64,000 bases of DNA, taken from IMG/VR virus record IMGVR_UViG_3300043395_000996, positions 32,001-96,000 of that record; one strand, written 5' to 3'. This DNA comes from a virus. The position numbers and the translations under genes are program-made. The number at the start of each line of letters is the position of its first letter. Position 1 is the stretch's first letter. The notes beneath the pieces are model-generated. The model did no database searches, had not been told where the DNA came from, and saw only the letters and a program-made list of their open reading frames with translations. Shown here one piece after another: positions 1-11,355 of this stretch.

Positions 1-322
1 TTTTCATTATTGGATTATTCAAATGTTCTTTTACATCTGAAAATATAATATCACAATTATTATGTAATAAATCACCCTTATGGATTGGATGTTCTTCTAT
101 TGGAATTCGATATGCGGATGTGTGTGATACTATAATTTTATCAAATTGAGTTAAATCAATTGATTTGAGTTGTAAATATATTTTATATTCACTTACTCCC
201 GCTTGAGCTATATTAATAACATCATATTCATTGGATAACATATTTACCCAACCAATTCCGTTATATTTTTTAGTCCAATCTGCCGCAAAACTATCACCAG
301 CTATTAGTATCTTCTTTTTCAT
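1..322 (-). CDS. SGNH/GDSL-like hydrolase-fold protein, 3' end runs off the window
   Basis: Hand-translated, not in the ORF track: MKKKILIAGDSFAADWTKKY...NIAQAGVS; GDS block I; start overlaps the end of 294..1076. Confidence 0.7.
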   Translation of the reverse strand, partial: MKKKILIAGDSFAADWTKKYNGIGWVNMLSNEYDVINIAQAGVSEYKIYLQLKSIDLTQFDKIIVSHTSAYRIPIEEHPIHKGDLLHNNCDIIFSDVKEHLNNPIMK

Positions 323-1076
323 TTATATAACTTATTATTTTATCAGCTATTAACTTCTGACCTTTCATTCCCATATGAATATCATTTTTAAAATATTCCG
401 AAAATGGGTGTTCATCTGATACTGTTAATTTATTTTCTTCCACCCATTTATGAACAATGAAGTTAAATTTATTCTCATTGGTTGGAAATTTTATCATATA
501 TTTTGTCATCCAATTATATTTAGGATGTGCAAAATTAATATGATTACCATCGTGCCAAAATAAAATTATTATTTTTTTATCTGATAAATTTGATATCTTT
601 TCTTTTAAAAGATTCAATACTTCATCTATGAATTCATTTGGATTATATTCTATAAGCCAATTTAAAATTCTTTGTTTTAATTCAGGTCTATCATTTTTAC
701 CATTCGTTAGAAATGATTCAATTTCGTGTGGCGTTTTTGGATAATCTTCATTATGAAAATATCTATCAAAATAATTATATATACCAGAAAATTCAAAAAA
801 TATATAATCTATATTACTTAAATCTGTATGTTCCAATTTATATAAAGATTCAGCAGGAGAACCACCTGCTTCAGAAACATTTATTTCATCACAATTTAAA
901 TAATTTGATATTAATTTAGTCCATCTATTTGACTTTATATATTCCCAATCGTCTGCACTTTGGTTATATGGCCATTGAAGAGTTTTGGCAGTTTTTTCAG
1001 ACATATAATAATCTCTGAATGTATGCAATCCAACTCCAAATGTATTTGATGAACCTAAAAATATAACCGATTTCAT
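294..1076 (-). CDS. SGNH/GDSL-like hydrolase-fold protein
   Basis: FLGSSNT block I, NVSEAGGS block II, NDIH block V. Confidence 0.7.
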   Translation of the reverse strand: MKSVIFLGSSNTFGVGLHTFRDYYMSEKTAKTLQWPYNQSADDWEYIKSNRWTKLISNYLNCDEINVSEAGGSPAESLYKLEHTDLSNIDYIFFEFSGIYNYFDRYFHNEDYPKTPHEIESFLTNGKNDRPELKQRILNWLIEYNPNEFIDEVLNLLKEKISNLSDKKIIILFWHDGNHINFAHPKYNWMTKYMIKFPTNENKFNFIVHKWVEENKLTVSDEHPFSEYFKNDIHMGMKGQKLIADKIISYINEKEDTNSW

Positions 1077-1082
1077 AAAATA

Positions 1083-1925
1083 TTATGCTAATAAATGATA
1101 ATATTCTTTAAAGTGTTTGATTCTATCTGGCAATCCAATCGTACCACCATTTACTCGTTTAGTAATAGATGTTACCACCGAATCAGTTGCTCCACCATCT
1201 GCTAATTTGTTCAATCCGTTTTTAGACCAAAACCATGCTGCAGATGCTAAAGCATATTTAGTACTTACTGAATCGGGATTATTTACGATATCTTCTCCAA
1301 TCGCTTTACCAAATTGAGTATAATTATCTCTACCTGTCAATTGGATATATCCTCTACCTCTGAATTTGTAGCCATCACCACTTGCTTCCGAACCATTAGC
1401 CATACGATTTGCATAAACTTTGTTTGCAATCTTTTGTGGTTGTCTTGCATATTGATTAGCAATTGCTTCAGATGGGAAATACTTTTTGAAGATACCCATC
1501 AAACCTTTCGCCGAATAGTTTAAGTTTTCTTGTGTTACTCTGAATCCACCACTCTCATGTCCACATTGTGCTAAAAAGTGTGCAACTCTTAATGGTGTGT
1601 TAATACCAAATTTAGAAGCAACTTCTGGAATAGAATCGATTACTACCTGTGGTACATGTCCTTTTAATTTATCTAATTTTAATCCTGCAACTTGTGGCGC
1701 CGGAGCTGATACAACTGGTTGTGGGGTTGGAGCTGCTATACTCTCTCCCATAATTTTTGCCCAAGTTGCTGGTCCTACGATACCATCTGCCGATAAACCA
1801 TTCTTTGATTGCCAAGCTTTTACTGCTTCTTCGGTTTTTGGTCCGAAGTTACCCATTGGTTCTAAACCTAACTTAGCTTGTAATTTTTTAACATCTTCGT
1901 TATTGTCACCTCTTTTTAACAACAT
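1083..1925 (-). CDS. Endolysin: peptidoglycan-binding domain plus glycoside hydrolase family 19
   Basis: N-terminal FGPKTEEAVKAWQ...ADGIVGPATW; Pro-rich linker; HFLAQCGHESGGF and FRGRGYIQLTGRDNY GH19 motifs. Confidence 0.9.
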   Translation of the reverse strand: MLLKRGDNNEDVKKLQAKLGLEPMGNFGPKTEEAVKAWQSKNGLSADGIVGPATWAKIMGESIAAPTPQPVVSAPAPQVAGLKLDKLKGHVPQVVIDSIPEVASKFGINTPLRVAHFLAQCGHESGGFRVTQENLNYSAKGLMGIFKKYFPSEAIANQYARQPQKIANKVYANRMANGSEASGDGYKFRGRGYIQLTGRDNYTQFGKAIGEDIVNNPDSVSTKYALASAAWFWSKNGLNKLADGGATDSVVTSITKRVNGGTIGLPDRIKHFKEYYHLLA

Positions 1926-1936
1926 AATCTAATTGG

Positions 1937-2707
1937 TTAATATTTTTGAACAACTTTATAATCAAGTATAGATATTGGTTTCATTATAATTTCGTTCCAA
2001 AGCGCAGTTTTATTTTGTTTGCACTCTTCCCAATTTCTACATAAATTGTTTTCGTTGTCTGGGTAAGAAAATCTGAATAGATTTGCTGCTCTGTTCCCTT
2101 TATCAGTTGCGAATGATTTTACATCCGATTGAAATGCCGCAACTAACTTACCTTTTAATTTAACCAATACGTTACTTTCTGGTCTGAAGAATTCTTTTTG
2201 TTGAACAGTGAATGTTGATATTGCGTATGTGTAACCCGATTGTAAACTATCTACTAAATTTTTCATTCCTTCTTTTGAAGTCCAATGAAACGTTTCAACT
2301 TCTACATCATCGCTACCATATGTATCCGATGTAAATTGTTTGTCTAATAAAATATATGGTTCTATTGCACCTCTACTGAAAAAGAATGCAATCTTATCAT
2401 TTTCAATATTAACTATATAATCTTTAAATTCGTCTGTCAATGCCCAAGCTCTATGATTAACAAAATCTTCTATAAAATCCAATACATTCTTTTTTGTTAA
2501 TTCATCATATAATTCAGTCTCAATATATAATTGATAGCCAAAATATTTATTTATTAACCCAACTAATTCTGCATTATCATCTATTTTTCCACCTCTAACA
2601 TCAAATCCCTTTTGCTCTAAAGAAATGAATTCTTTGGCAATAGCTTCCCATTCACTTATAGTGTGAAATGTTGATTCCGGTTTTTGATATCCTCTAACTG
2701 GGTACAT
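1937..2707 (-). CDS. Hypothetical protein
   Basis: 256-aa ORF tightly packed between neighbours. Confidence 0.7.
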   Translation of the reverse strand: MYPVRGYQKPESTFHTISEWEAIAKEFISLEQKGFDVRGGKIDDNAELVGLINKYFGYQLYIETELYDELTKKNVLDFIEDFVNHRAWALTDEFKDYIVNIENDKIAFFFSRGAIEPYILLDKQFTSDTYGSDDVEVETFHWTSKEGMKNLVDSLQSGYTYAISTFTVQQKEFFRPESNVLVKLKGKLVAAFQSDVKSFATDKGNRAANLFRFSYPDNENNLCRNWEECKQNKTALWNEIIMKPISILDYKVVQKY

Positions 2708-2710
2708 ATT

Positions 2711-3667
2711 TTATCCTTTTACTCCCGTATCAGCTGCTTTTGGTCTGATACCTATTTCTTCTGCGAATTTATTTGAACGTTGTACTAATGGAACAATTGG
2801 TTCATCGATTACTCTGATATTCATTGGTATTTGTTTATCAGGGTGCGATGCGTTATATGCTACAACAGCCGCCCATCTATGATGTCCATCCAACACATAT
2901 CCATCATTGGATACATAAATAGGTGCAGTAATTTTTGGATGTTGTGGGTTTTCTTCCAATGCTTTACTCATACCTGCAACTTTAACACCAACTAATTCAG
3001 ATTGAGTTGCTTTTAATCTGTCAGGCGATATTGCTATTGGTTCTGAAACTCCTATACCTTGCTTCTCTAACATTTTCTTAAAGAACTCTTCGGTATCAGC
3101 TTCGCCACTTGCATCCTTTGGAAGTTTATCTGCTACTGAACCAGGTTCAGGTGTTCCTTTGAATTGTGGCATATCCTCTCTCGGAATACCTTTATTACCA
3201 TCACAATATAAGTTAGTGCCTGGAATTGAAACCTGGCATAAGTTAAAGTTTGGTGCTTTTTCACCACTTGCTTTTGCCTGATTACCCAAATCTACTAACT
3301 TATCAATAATAGTAGAGATTTGTTGTCTTTCTATTGGGGTTACCTGTGATAAAGATTTGTTTGAGAAATCAGCGTTTGGCATTAAATCTTTCAATTTAGG
3401 AATGCCACTGCTTTTTGGAGTTTCAGCAGATGTTTTGAAATCACCACCACCCAATTTCTGTCCTTTTGGCTGTTGCTGTGGAGTTGATGAAGATGGTTGT
3501 TCGCCTGTTGGTAATTTTCCACCATTATCTGCTTTTGCTTTATTAATTTCAGCAGGAGTGGGTTTGTCGTGTTTAGAGGGGTCAAATTGTTTAACTACAT
3601 AAACATTGCCCGTCTTTTTGTTTTTTACAACATCCTCCTCTTTTAAAAGCGATTTTAATTTAATCAT
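2711..3667 (-). CDS. ParB/Sulfiredoxin-like domain protein with MIKLKSLLKE leader, possible head-internal protein
   Basis: C-terminal SNDGYVLDGHHRWAA motif; low-complexity P/Q/K/S linker. Confidence 0.65.
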   Translation of the reverse strand: MIKLKSLLKEEDVVKNKKTGNVYVVKQFDPSKHDKPTPAEINKAKADNGGKLPTGEQPSSSTPQQQPKGQKLGGGDFKTSAETPKSSGIPKLKDLMPNADFSNKSLSQVTPIERQQISTIIDKLVDLGNQAKASGEKAPNFNLCQVSIPGTNLYCDGNKGIPREDMPQFKGTPEPGSVADKLPKDASGEADTEEFFKKMLEKQGIGVSEPIAISPDRLKATQSELVGVKVAGMSKALEENPQHPKITAPIYVSNDGYVLDGHHRWAAVVAYNASHPDKQIPMNIRVIDEPIVPLVQRSNKFAEEIGIRPKAADTGVKG

Positions 3668-4770
3668 ATATCAAAAATCCAATTTTGAAGGTCTTTAGGT
3701 AATGTATTACAATTCCTAACAATCTCTTTATAAATATTATAATTATATTTAAATCTATCTTCATTTTTTATAAAAAATTCATTTAAATCAATTTTAGATA
3801 AATTAATAAGCTGATTTAAAATCATATCGGTTCTATTATCTATACGATTTTCAAAATCATATGAATGGTCTATTATATCATCAAACATATCAAATCCATA
3901 TTTTCTTAAATAAGTAACCAATCCTTCTTTTCCTAAAAATAATGGTAGTTGTTGATAAACGAATGGTTTAACGCTTTTTTCGGTTATTAAAATTCCATTG
4001 GTAAATGCTCCTGAATCGGATTCTGATACTAAATTTACATAACTATTTTTAAAAAAGCTTTTACCAGATGTCCATAGAAATTCATTATCATATCCACCCA
4101 AATCTATAATGGGAATACCATATGATACTTTAGATGTATCTAAATTAGAAATCAATCCAACTTCTTTTATTGGATTATTCAATATTTTTTTAAATAAAAT
4201 TTCTCTATGCTCTCTTAATTGACCATTTAAAAAACTAAATAAATAATCTCTATTTGGATTTATATCGAATTCGGGTATATCAACACTACCTATTAGATAG
4301 GGAAATTCCATTTCAAAATTTGGTCTATAAAATATATCATAGTCCTCATATGGAGATACATCCGTCAGTAACCAAAATATTTTACTTTTATAATTTTTTA
4401 ATGATAATAAATTTCTAAATTTATCAAAATATTTAAAGTATAATTTTGATTGAGCACCTTCTCCTTGTAAATCAAATACAATACATTTTACTGATTTTAC
4501 ATTTTGATTTATAAAATCAATAAATCCCGATTCAAATAAAAAAGGAAACGCATAACAATATATCCATATATAGTCCAAGTGCTCTACATCGTATATTTGA
4601 TTTGATGTAAAATCATTTATAAAATCCCATTTATGCGGATATCCATTTGTATTAGGATTATCATAATCGGCATTAACACTAATTCCTTTAAACAAATTTA
4701 AAGATATATCTAATTTGCTGTTTTCTTTTAGTGTTGGAATTTTATTTAAATCATATGCCAAAATATTCAC
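3664..4770 (-). CDS. Putative glycosyltransferase-like protein (ITEK-PF...GF-F-DIID-SYD family)
   Basis: ITEKSVKPF...LRKYGFDMFDDIIDHSYD; paralogue at 36978..38066. Confidence 0.5.
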   Translation of the reverse strand: MNILAYDLNKIPTLKENSKLDISLNLFKGISVNADYDNPNTNGYPHKWDFINDFTSNQIYDVEHLDYIWIYCYAFPFLFESGFIDFINQNVKSVKCIVFDLQGEGAQSKLYFKYFDKFRNLLSLKNYKSKIFWLLTDVSPYEDYDIFYRPNFEMEFPYLIGSVDIPEFDINPNRDYLFSFLNGQLREHREILFKKILNNPIKEVGLISNLDTSKVSYGIPIIDLGGYDNEFLWTSGKSFFKNSYVNLVSESDSGAFTNGILITEKSVKPFVYQQLPLFLGKEGLVTYLRKYGFDMFDDIIDHSYDFENRIDNRTDMILNQLINLSKIDLNEFFIKNEDRFKYNYNIYKEIVRNCNTLPKDLQNWIFDI

Positions 4771-4777
4771 AAAATAA

Positions 4778-4912
4778 CTAATTTAATTTCCCCTGCCCTC
4801 TATACTTTTTAGGTTTTTGTTCTTTTGGACCGTAAGATTTTTTTAATCTACCTGTTTTGCGTTTCCCAAAAGATACTTTTTGGGATGTATTTCCGCCTTT
4901 AGCTTTTGCCAT
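4778..4912 (-). CDS. Small basic protein, 44 aa
   Basis: Hand-translated: MAKAKGGNTSQKVSFGKRKTGRLKKSYGPKEQKPKKYRGQGKLN; fills the gap between genes. Confidence 0.65.
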   Translation of the reverse strand: MAKAKGGNTSQKVSFGKRKTGRLKKSYGPKEQKPKKYRGQGKLN

Positions 4913-4946
4913 GTAAAAATTTGGTTATTCTCCGATGATTGATTGA

Positions 4947-5204
4947 TTACTTCTTTGCTGCTTTCTTAGCTTTTACATTTTTGACTACTGTTTCTGCAAC
5001 GTTGATTGCTGCTTCGTTTTCAGTAACAACTGCTTCTGCTTTTTTAGTAGCGGCCTTAGCTTTAGCAATTCCTGCTTTAGCTTTAGTAGTTACTTTTTTA
5101 GTTTCAGGTGCAATTTCTTCTACCTTCTCTACAAAAGTTTCTACTGCTTCTTCAATTTGTTCAGCCTTTACAAAAAGACCCTTAATGAATGAAAATAGTC
5201 CCAT
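4947..5204 (-). CDS. Lys/Ala-rich histone-H1-like protein
   Basis: KKVTTKAKAGIAKAKAATKK...KAKKAAKK; amphipathic N-terminus MGLFSFIKGLF. Confidence 0.6.
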   Translation of the reverse strand: MGLFSFIKGLFVKAEQIEEAVETFVEKVEEIAPETKKVTTKAKAGIAKAKAATKKAEAVVTENEAAINVAETVVKNVKAKKAAKK

Positions 5205-5245
5205 AGTTGTTTGTTTTAATTAACGATTTATTTTAAATATAAATA

Positions 5246-5563
5246 TTAGTTTTTTTTGGAAAATGTATATCCGTAAAATTCGTAGTTTTTATGTACCGAT
5301 TCTTCATCTCCCATATCGATTGCTTCTTTCTCATCTCTGTAAATAGCATCTTCGGGACATTCTGGTATACATGCACCACAATTAATACACATTTCCGGGT
5401 CAATGAAAAGTTGTTTCCCCTTTTTTTCTTCATCACTCATTTTTTCAACTTCTCTACCTAATCCATCGATGTATATTGGTCCATTAATACAATCAACGGG
5501 GCAGACATTAACACATGCGGTATCGCATATATCAACGCATTTGTTCCCAATTATAAAACTCAT
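5246..5563 (-). CDS. Dicluster ferredoxin
   Basis: CVDICDTACVNVCPVDC and CINCGACIPECPEDAI cysteine motifs. Confidence 0.88.
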   Translation of the reverse strand: MSFIIGNKCVDICDTACVNVCPVDCINGPIYIDGLGREVEKMSDEEKKGKQLFIDPEMCINCGACIPECPEDAIYRDEKEAIDMGDEESVHKNYEFYGYTFSKKN

Positions 5564-5997
5564 TGTTTATTTTTTAAAAGCCAAGAAGATGATTGAATTT
5601 TATCTCCCAATCCGAAAACCATTTCGATTCCCAATTTTCTACATATATCACCCTCACCAATAGTTTCAGCGGTTTGGTCGCCTCCATTTGTAAATATAAA
5701 CTTATCAAATTTATCTACATACATATTGTAAATCATATGAATGGTTTTATTACACAATCTATCGGAATCTACTGCAATAAATGCTTTGTTTACTGGCTTT
5801 AGATTTTCAATAATAAACTTTCGTTCATATTGATTCATAAATTCTTTCGAACCCTTTTGTTCTCTTTGAGCATCATTATTAACGATAACAAAGAGCTCAT
5901 CACCGAGCTCTTTGCTTTGAGTTAAATATTCTATATGCCCCCTATGAACGGGATTAAAATAACCACTTGCTATAACTAATGTTTTAGTCTTCGCCAT
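5560..5997 (-). CDS. Cytidylyltransferase-like nucleotidyltransferase (RfaE domain II / TagD-like)
   Basis: SGYFNPVHRGH HxGH motif; KIQSSS C-terminus; start moved to MAKTKT (track start 6024). Confidence 0.85.
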   Translation of the reverse strand: MAKTKTLVIASGYFNPVHRGHIEYLTQSKELGDELFVIVNNDAQREQKGSKEFMNQYERKFIIENLKPVNKAFIAVDSDRLCNKTIHMIYNMYVDKFDKFIFTNGGDQTAETIGEGDICRKLGIEMVFGLGDKIQSSSWLLKNKQ

Positions 5998-6229
5998 ATA
6001 GTGAGAATTTTTTAACAGGTACATCTACCTCTTCTTCATAAATAATTTCTATTGTACCCTTACGAGCATCCATAAAAAATTGAGTATCTCCGTTTTGTTG
6101 ATACCAAGCTTCTAATGCTTCCGTAAGAGATGGATAGATGGTTTTACCACCATCGGCAAATACCCATCTATCTCCCGGCGGAACTCTTTTAAGGACGAGT
6201 TCTCGTTCCTCTTTGATTTCCTTTTCCAT
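5984..6229 (-). CDS. Hypothetical protein
   Basis: 81-aa ORF in operon packing. Confidence 0.65.
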   Translation of the reverse strand: MEKEIKEERELVLKRVPPGDRWVFADGGKTIYPSLTEALEAWYQQNGDTQFFMDARKGTIEIIYEEEVDVPVKKFSLYGED

Positions 6230-6230
6230 A

Positions 6231-6437
6231 TTAGAATACTTCTAAAATTTTAGTTTCAGATACCTTTACTACTTCGTATTCCAAATTTACACCTTCTGCT
6301 ACGAACTTCTTAACTAATTTAGCTTCTGCTTCTGTTACTGAAAGAGCATCTACTAAATAATTTTCTTTGTTCTTTTTGATTTTACCTTTTGCATCTTCTA
6401 CTTCTACTGCAACTAATACTGAATAAAACTTTGCCAT
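6231..6437 (-). CDS. DUF4494-like protein (Bacteroidota family)
   Basis: KKNKENYLVDALSVTEAE...VVKVSETKILEV pattern recognised from memory. Confidence 0.7.
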   Translation of the reverse strand: MAKFYSVLVAVEVEDAKGKIKKNKENYLVDALSVTEAEAKLVKKFVAEGVNLEYEVVKVSETKILEVF

Positions 6438-6467
6438 AATTGTTTGTTTTTATTGTTTGTTAAAATT

Positions 6468-8102
<1,635 letters not shown>

Positions 8103-8122
8103 TTATTTATTTTTTGTTTCCA

Positions 8123-8154
8123 CAAAGATAATACAAATAATTTAATTTTCCAAA
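8123..8154 (-). promoter_or_regulatory. Bacteroidota-type promoter upstream of groEL
   Basis: TTTG-N20-TATCTTTG on the minus strand. Confidence 0.75.
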
Positions 8155-8155
8155 T

Positions 8156-8180
8156 AAAAATGGGAGAAAAATTTCTCCCA
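8156..8180 (-). terminator. Rho-independent terminator
   Basis: TGGGAGAAA/TTTCTCCCA stem followed by a T tract on the minus strand. Confidence 0.75.
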
Positions 8181-8185
8181 TTATT

Positions 8186-8362
8186 TTATTGTTTTCCTTC
8201 TTCAACAGATGCTTGTCTATAATCTGTTACTAATTTCTTCAAATCTCCAATTGCGGTTCTCGCATTTTTTTGAGATACTTTTGTAGATTTGTTGTGCTCT
8301 TCTTCAAATTTTTCCCACAATCCTTTCATTGTTTCGAAAATTTCTTGCTTTTTACTAGCCAT
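8186..8362 (-). CDS. Hc1-like (Bacteroidota histone H1-like) small protein, 58 aa
   Basis: Hand-translated: MASKKQEIFETMKGLWEKFEEEHNKSTKVSQKNARTAIGDLKKLVTDYRQASVEEGKQ; resembles the family's ARKA..L.KL...YRK.SV pattern. Confidence 0.65.
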   Translation of the reverse strand: MASKKQEIFETMKGLWEKFEEEHNKSTKVSQKNARTAIGDLKKLVTDYRQASVEEGKQ

Positions 8363-8392
8363 ACTTTATTGTTTTTAATTAATAATAAGGGA

Positions 8393-8587
8393 CTATCTCC
8401 CCCTCTTCCTTTTTATTTCCATTTCTTTCAGATAATGTGGTTTCCACTTATATTCTACTGAAATAGGTCCGTTTGGTTGCTTTTTTAGGTCATACTTCCA
8501 AATAGATGTGGATTCATCATCTTCAAAAATGTATTCAAATTTTGTTGGTTTTTCCGTTTTACTATGTGTTTCTTTATTAATTTTCAT
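8393..8587 (-). CDS. Hypothetical protein
   Basis: 64-aa ORF overlapping the iscA stop (ATGA). Confidence 0.6.
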   Translation of the reverse strand: MKINKETHSKTEKPTKFEYIFEDDESTSIWKYDLKKQPNGPISVEYKWKPHYLKEMEIKRKRGR

Positions 8588-8907
8588 ATTGCAAAACTTT
8601 CACCACATCCGCAAGTTCGGCTAGCGTTTGGATTTATAAATTGAAAACCTTTACCATTTAAACCATCTGAAAAATCTAATTCAGTACCGAATAGGTATAG
8701 TAACGATTTATTATCTACTAATATTTTTACACCTTTATCTTCCGCAAGTGTATCGGTTGGATGTTGTTCGGTATCAAATGAAAGGTCATACGATAGACCA
8801 CTACAACCACCACCCTTTACAGCCACTCTAACAAATGGGGTTTGAAATCCACTTTCTTCTATTAGTGAACTTAATTTTTTTGCTGCTGAATCTGAAACTG
8901 TAATCAT
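8584..8907 (-). CDS. iscA: IscA/SufA/HesB Fe-S cluster assembly accessory protein
   Basis: GGGCSGLSY and NPNASRTCGCGESF; start moved to MITVSD, which lies downstream of the promoter. Confidence 0.93.
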   Translation of the reverse strand: MITVSDSAAKKLSSLIEESGFQTPFVRVAVKGGGCSGLSYDLSFDTEQHPTDTLAEDKGVKILVDNKSLLYLFGTELDFSDGLNGKGFQFINPNASRTCGCGESFAI

Positions 8908-8914
8908 AATAATA

Positions 8915-8945
8915 CAAATATACGAAAAATTATCCAATTTGCCAA
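8915..8945 (-). promoter_or_regulatory. Bacteroidota-type promoter upstream of iscA
   Basis: TTG-N20-TATATTTG. Confidence 0.65.
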
Positions 8946-9964
8946 GTCCTTAATCCAAATTTATTCCAAGTAAATGGTTGATTATATCCCATATTCAATT
9001 TATTCAATGATTTGATAACATTGTATTTTGTATTGTTTGGACAATAGAAGAACATAAATCCTCCGCCACCTGCTCCACTTATCTTACCACCGGTTGCTCC
9101 GGCTTTTATAGCAGTTTCATATAATAATTCAATTTCAGGTGTGCTGATTCCTTTTGCTAACATCTTTTTTTGTTGAAATCCATAATCTAATATTTCACCT
9201 AAATCATCTATATTACCTTTAATCAAACAATCTTTCATTAACTTTGCTTGCTCTACTAATGCATGAAGTGATAGAATTGATGTTTTATTTTGTTCTTTCA
9301 TTTTTGTAATTTGTTCGGCTAATACATCTGAACTATTACGGGTAAAATTAGTGAAATATAAAATTACATTATTTTCTAATTCATCTTGCACACTATCTTT
9401 AATACGAAGTGGGTTTACAATTACATCATCTCCTTTGAATTCCATATAATTAAATCCGCCAAATGCTGCGGCATATTGGTCTTGTTTTCCACCATTCTCT
9501 ACCAATTCGATTCTTTCAATTTGAATTGCCATTTCAGCAATATCATATTCACCCAATGGTAAATTGAATGCTTCCATATAAACACCAATAAGTGAAACTA
9601 TAAGTGTAGATGAAGTTCCTAAACCACTCCCCGTTGGAACATCTTGCCAACTTACGATATCACATCCAAATGGTTCTAACTTAAATCGTTTGCAAATGTG
9701 ATTATGAGTTGCTTTAAAGAGCTTTAATCCATAAGAACAATCTAACTCATTGCTGAAATCATGCTCTTCGTATTCCTCTTTATTTATCCAATTAAACGTA
9801 ATTTTCTTATCATCTCTTAATTGAAGTGATGTATGAGTGAACAAACGAATGGTCGTATTTATTACTGCTCCCGTATGATATTTACAATAATCGGGCATAT
9901 CAGTTCCGCCACCACCAAAACTTATTCTAAATGGAGTCTTGCTCCTGTATATCTTCTTCTTCAT
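8930..9964 (-). CDS. hddA: GHMP sugar kinase, HddA-like (D-glycero-D-manno-heptose 7-phosphate kinase)
   Basis: TPFRISFGGGGTD, PTGSGLGTSS, GKQDQYAAAFGG, GGKISGAGGGGF. Confidence 0.82.
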   Translation of the reverse strand: MKKKIYRSKTPFRISFGGGGTDMPDYCKYHTGAVINTTIRLFTHTSLQLRDDKKITFNWINKEEYEEHDFSNELDCSYGLKLFKATHNHICKRFKLEPFGCDIVSWQDVPTGSGLGTSSTLIVSLIGVYMEAFNLPLGEYDIAEMAIQIERIELVENGGKQDQYAAAFGGFNYMEFKGDDVIVNPLRIKDSVQDELENNVILYFTNFTRNSSDVLAEQITKMKEQNKTSILSLHALVEQAKLMKDCLIKGNIDDLGEILDYGFQQKKMLAKGISTPEIELLYETAIKAGATGGKISGAGGGGFMFFYCPNNTKYNVIKSLNKLNMGYNQPFTWNKFGLRTWQIG

Positions 9965-10517
9965 TTGGTCTGCCATGCTCTTTATACCAATTTTTTGCGT
10001 TTCTTTCTCCTACTAACAAAAAGAAACAATTATAACACAATGGTCTAATATTTTCTAATTTACGATTGTTTAGATTACCATCTATAAAGTCAATTAATAA
10101 TGGCATTTTACCATCGGTTATTCGGGCTTCGCTGAATCCACAACTACCACATACTTTTGGAACATATCCACTATCGAATAATTTATTCTTAAATTTATGT
10201 AAAGGATAGTGTAAATGTTTTCCGGCAATTAAATCATCAATGTGATATTTTTTATTTTTTATCACTTTGGCTCTTTCAATACCAATACCATACGGATTTT
10301 TTAAATCTTCCAAAATTCCATACAACTTAGCATATTTCTTATATGTGTTATATGATACTCCTAAAGTTCTTGCTGCTTCGAATGCCGAACGTGATACCGC
10401 TTGTGCTGCTTTGATTTGCGATTCCAATAAGGGTTTAGCTCCTAAACCTCTTTTTGATGTTTTTTTATTGGGTTCTATATTTGGAAAAAACCCATTTTCC
10501 ATTTCTTCATCTTCCAT
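9927..10517 (-). CDS. HTH plus degenerate HNH/Zn-finger protein
   Basis: AFEAARTLGVSYNTYKKY HTH; CGSC...LLIDFIDG...N...LCYNC, with the usual DH His replaced by Phe. Confidence 0.65.
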   Translation of the reverse strand: MEDEEMENGFFPNIEPNKKTSKRGLGAKPLLESQIKAAQAVSRSAFEAARTLGVSYNTYKKYAKLYGILEDLKNPYGIGIERAKVIKNKKYHIDDLIAGKHLHYPLHKFKNKLFDSGYVPKVCGSCGFSEARITDGKMPLLIDFIDGNLNNRKLENIRPLCYNCFFLLVGERNAKNWYKEHGRPNEEEDIQEQDSI

Positions 10518-10550
10518 ACTAATAACAATTTATTTATAGATATAAGTATA

Positions 10551-11354
10551 TCAAAATAATTTTATAGGTAAATTTTCCGATGTATTGATGAAATTAATTT
10601 TGTTTAAATAATCTAAAACAATATTTGCTATTTTTACATTACCATGTAATCCAGCATGTCCATCTATTTTCATATTTAATTCATCATTTATTGTTAATTT
10701 ATTAATACTGAACCATTGCTGCATTTGCATGTTATTAAAATTAACAAAATGAAAATTATATTTTAAATTATTTGCTTGTAAAAATTCTTCAAAAAATGTA
10801 TTATCAATCAATATAAATTCAATATTATTTTGTTTTAAAAAAGATAAAAGACCTAACACATTATTCATAGATTTTTTATATTCAAAATCAGTATTTACAA
10901 AATTATAAAAATATGATTGTAAATCATTATTGATTTTTTTAATATCTCCTCTGTCATAACCAGCCGCCACATCTGTTAAATCCTCATCTGGTACATTTAT
11001 TGTACCCCAAGTCACATTCATTAATCTATCTAATCTATTACAATACACCTCATCTCTCCACATAGGGGGTAATTCCAATATAAAAAGAGTATTTGATATA
11101 TGCTTTTGGTTATCGTATATATGTTGATATGTCTTTCTAATTAATCTATTTACAGAACCACCATGAAATGCTTCATTTACAATATCCATATTCAGTTTAT
11201 CTGCTATCATATTTGGATATGAATATTTTAAATAATCATCTTGTAAATCAATATTTAATACTTTTTTATATTGTTCTCTTACATATATAAAATTTAGTCC
11301 GCCAGCACAAGTAAAGCTACAACCATTGGCATATATTTTATTAAATGATTTCAT
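10551..11354 (-). CDS. SGNH/GDSL-like hydrolase-fold protein
   Basis: YANGCSF, NEAFHGGS, DGHAG. Confidence 0.7.
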   Translation of the reverse strand: MKSFNKIYANGCSFTCAGGLNFIYVREQYKKVLNIDLQDDYLKYSYPNMIADKLNMDIVNEAFHGGSVNRLIRKTYQHIYDNQKHISNTLFILELPPMWRDEVYCNRLDRLMNVTWGTINVPDEDLTDVAAGYDRGDIKKINNDLQSYFYNFVNTDFEYKKSMNNVLGLLSFLKQNNIEFILIDNTFFEEFLQANNLKYNFHFVNFNNMQMQQWFSINKLTINDELNMKIDGHAGLHGNVKIANIVLDYLNKINFINTSENLPIKLF

Positions 11355-11355
11355 A

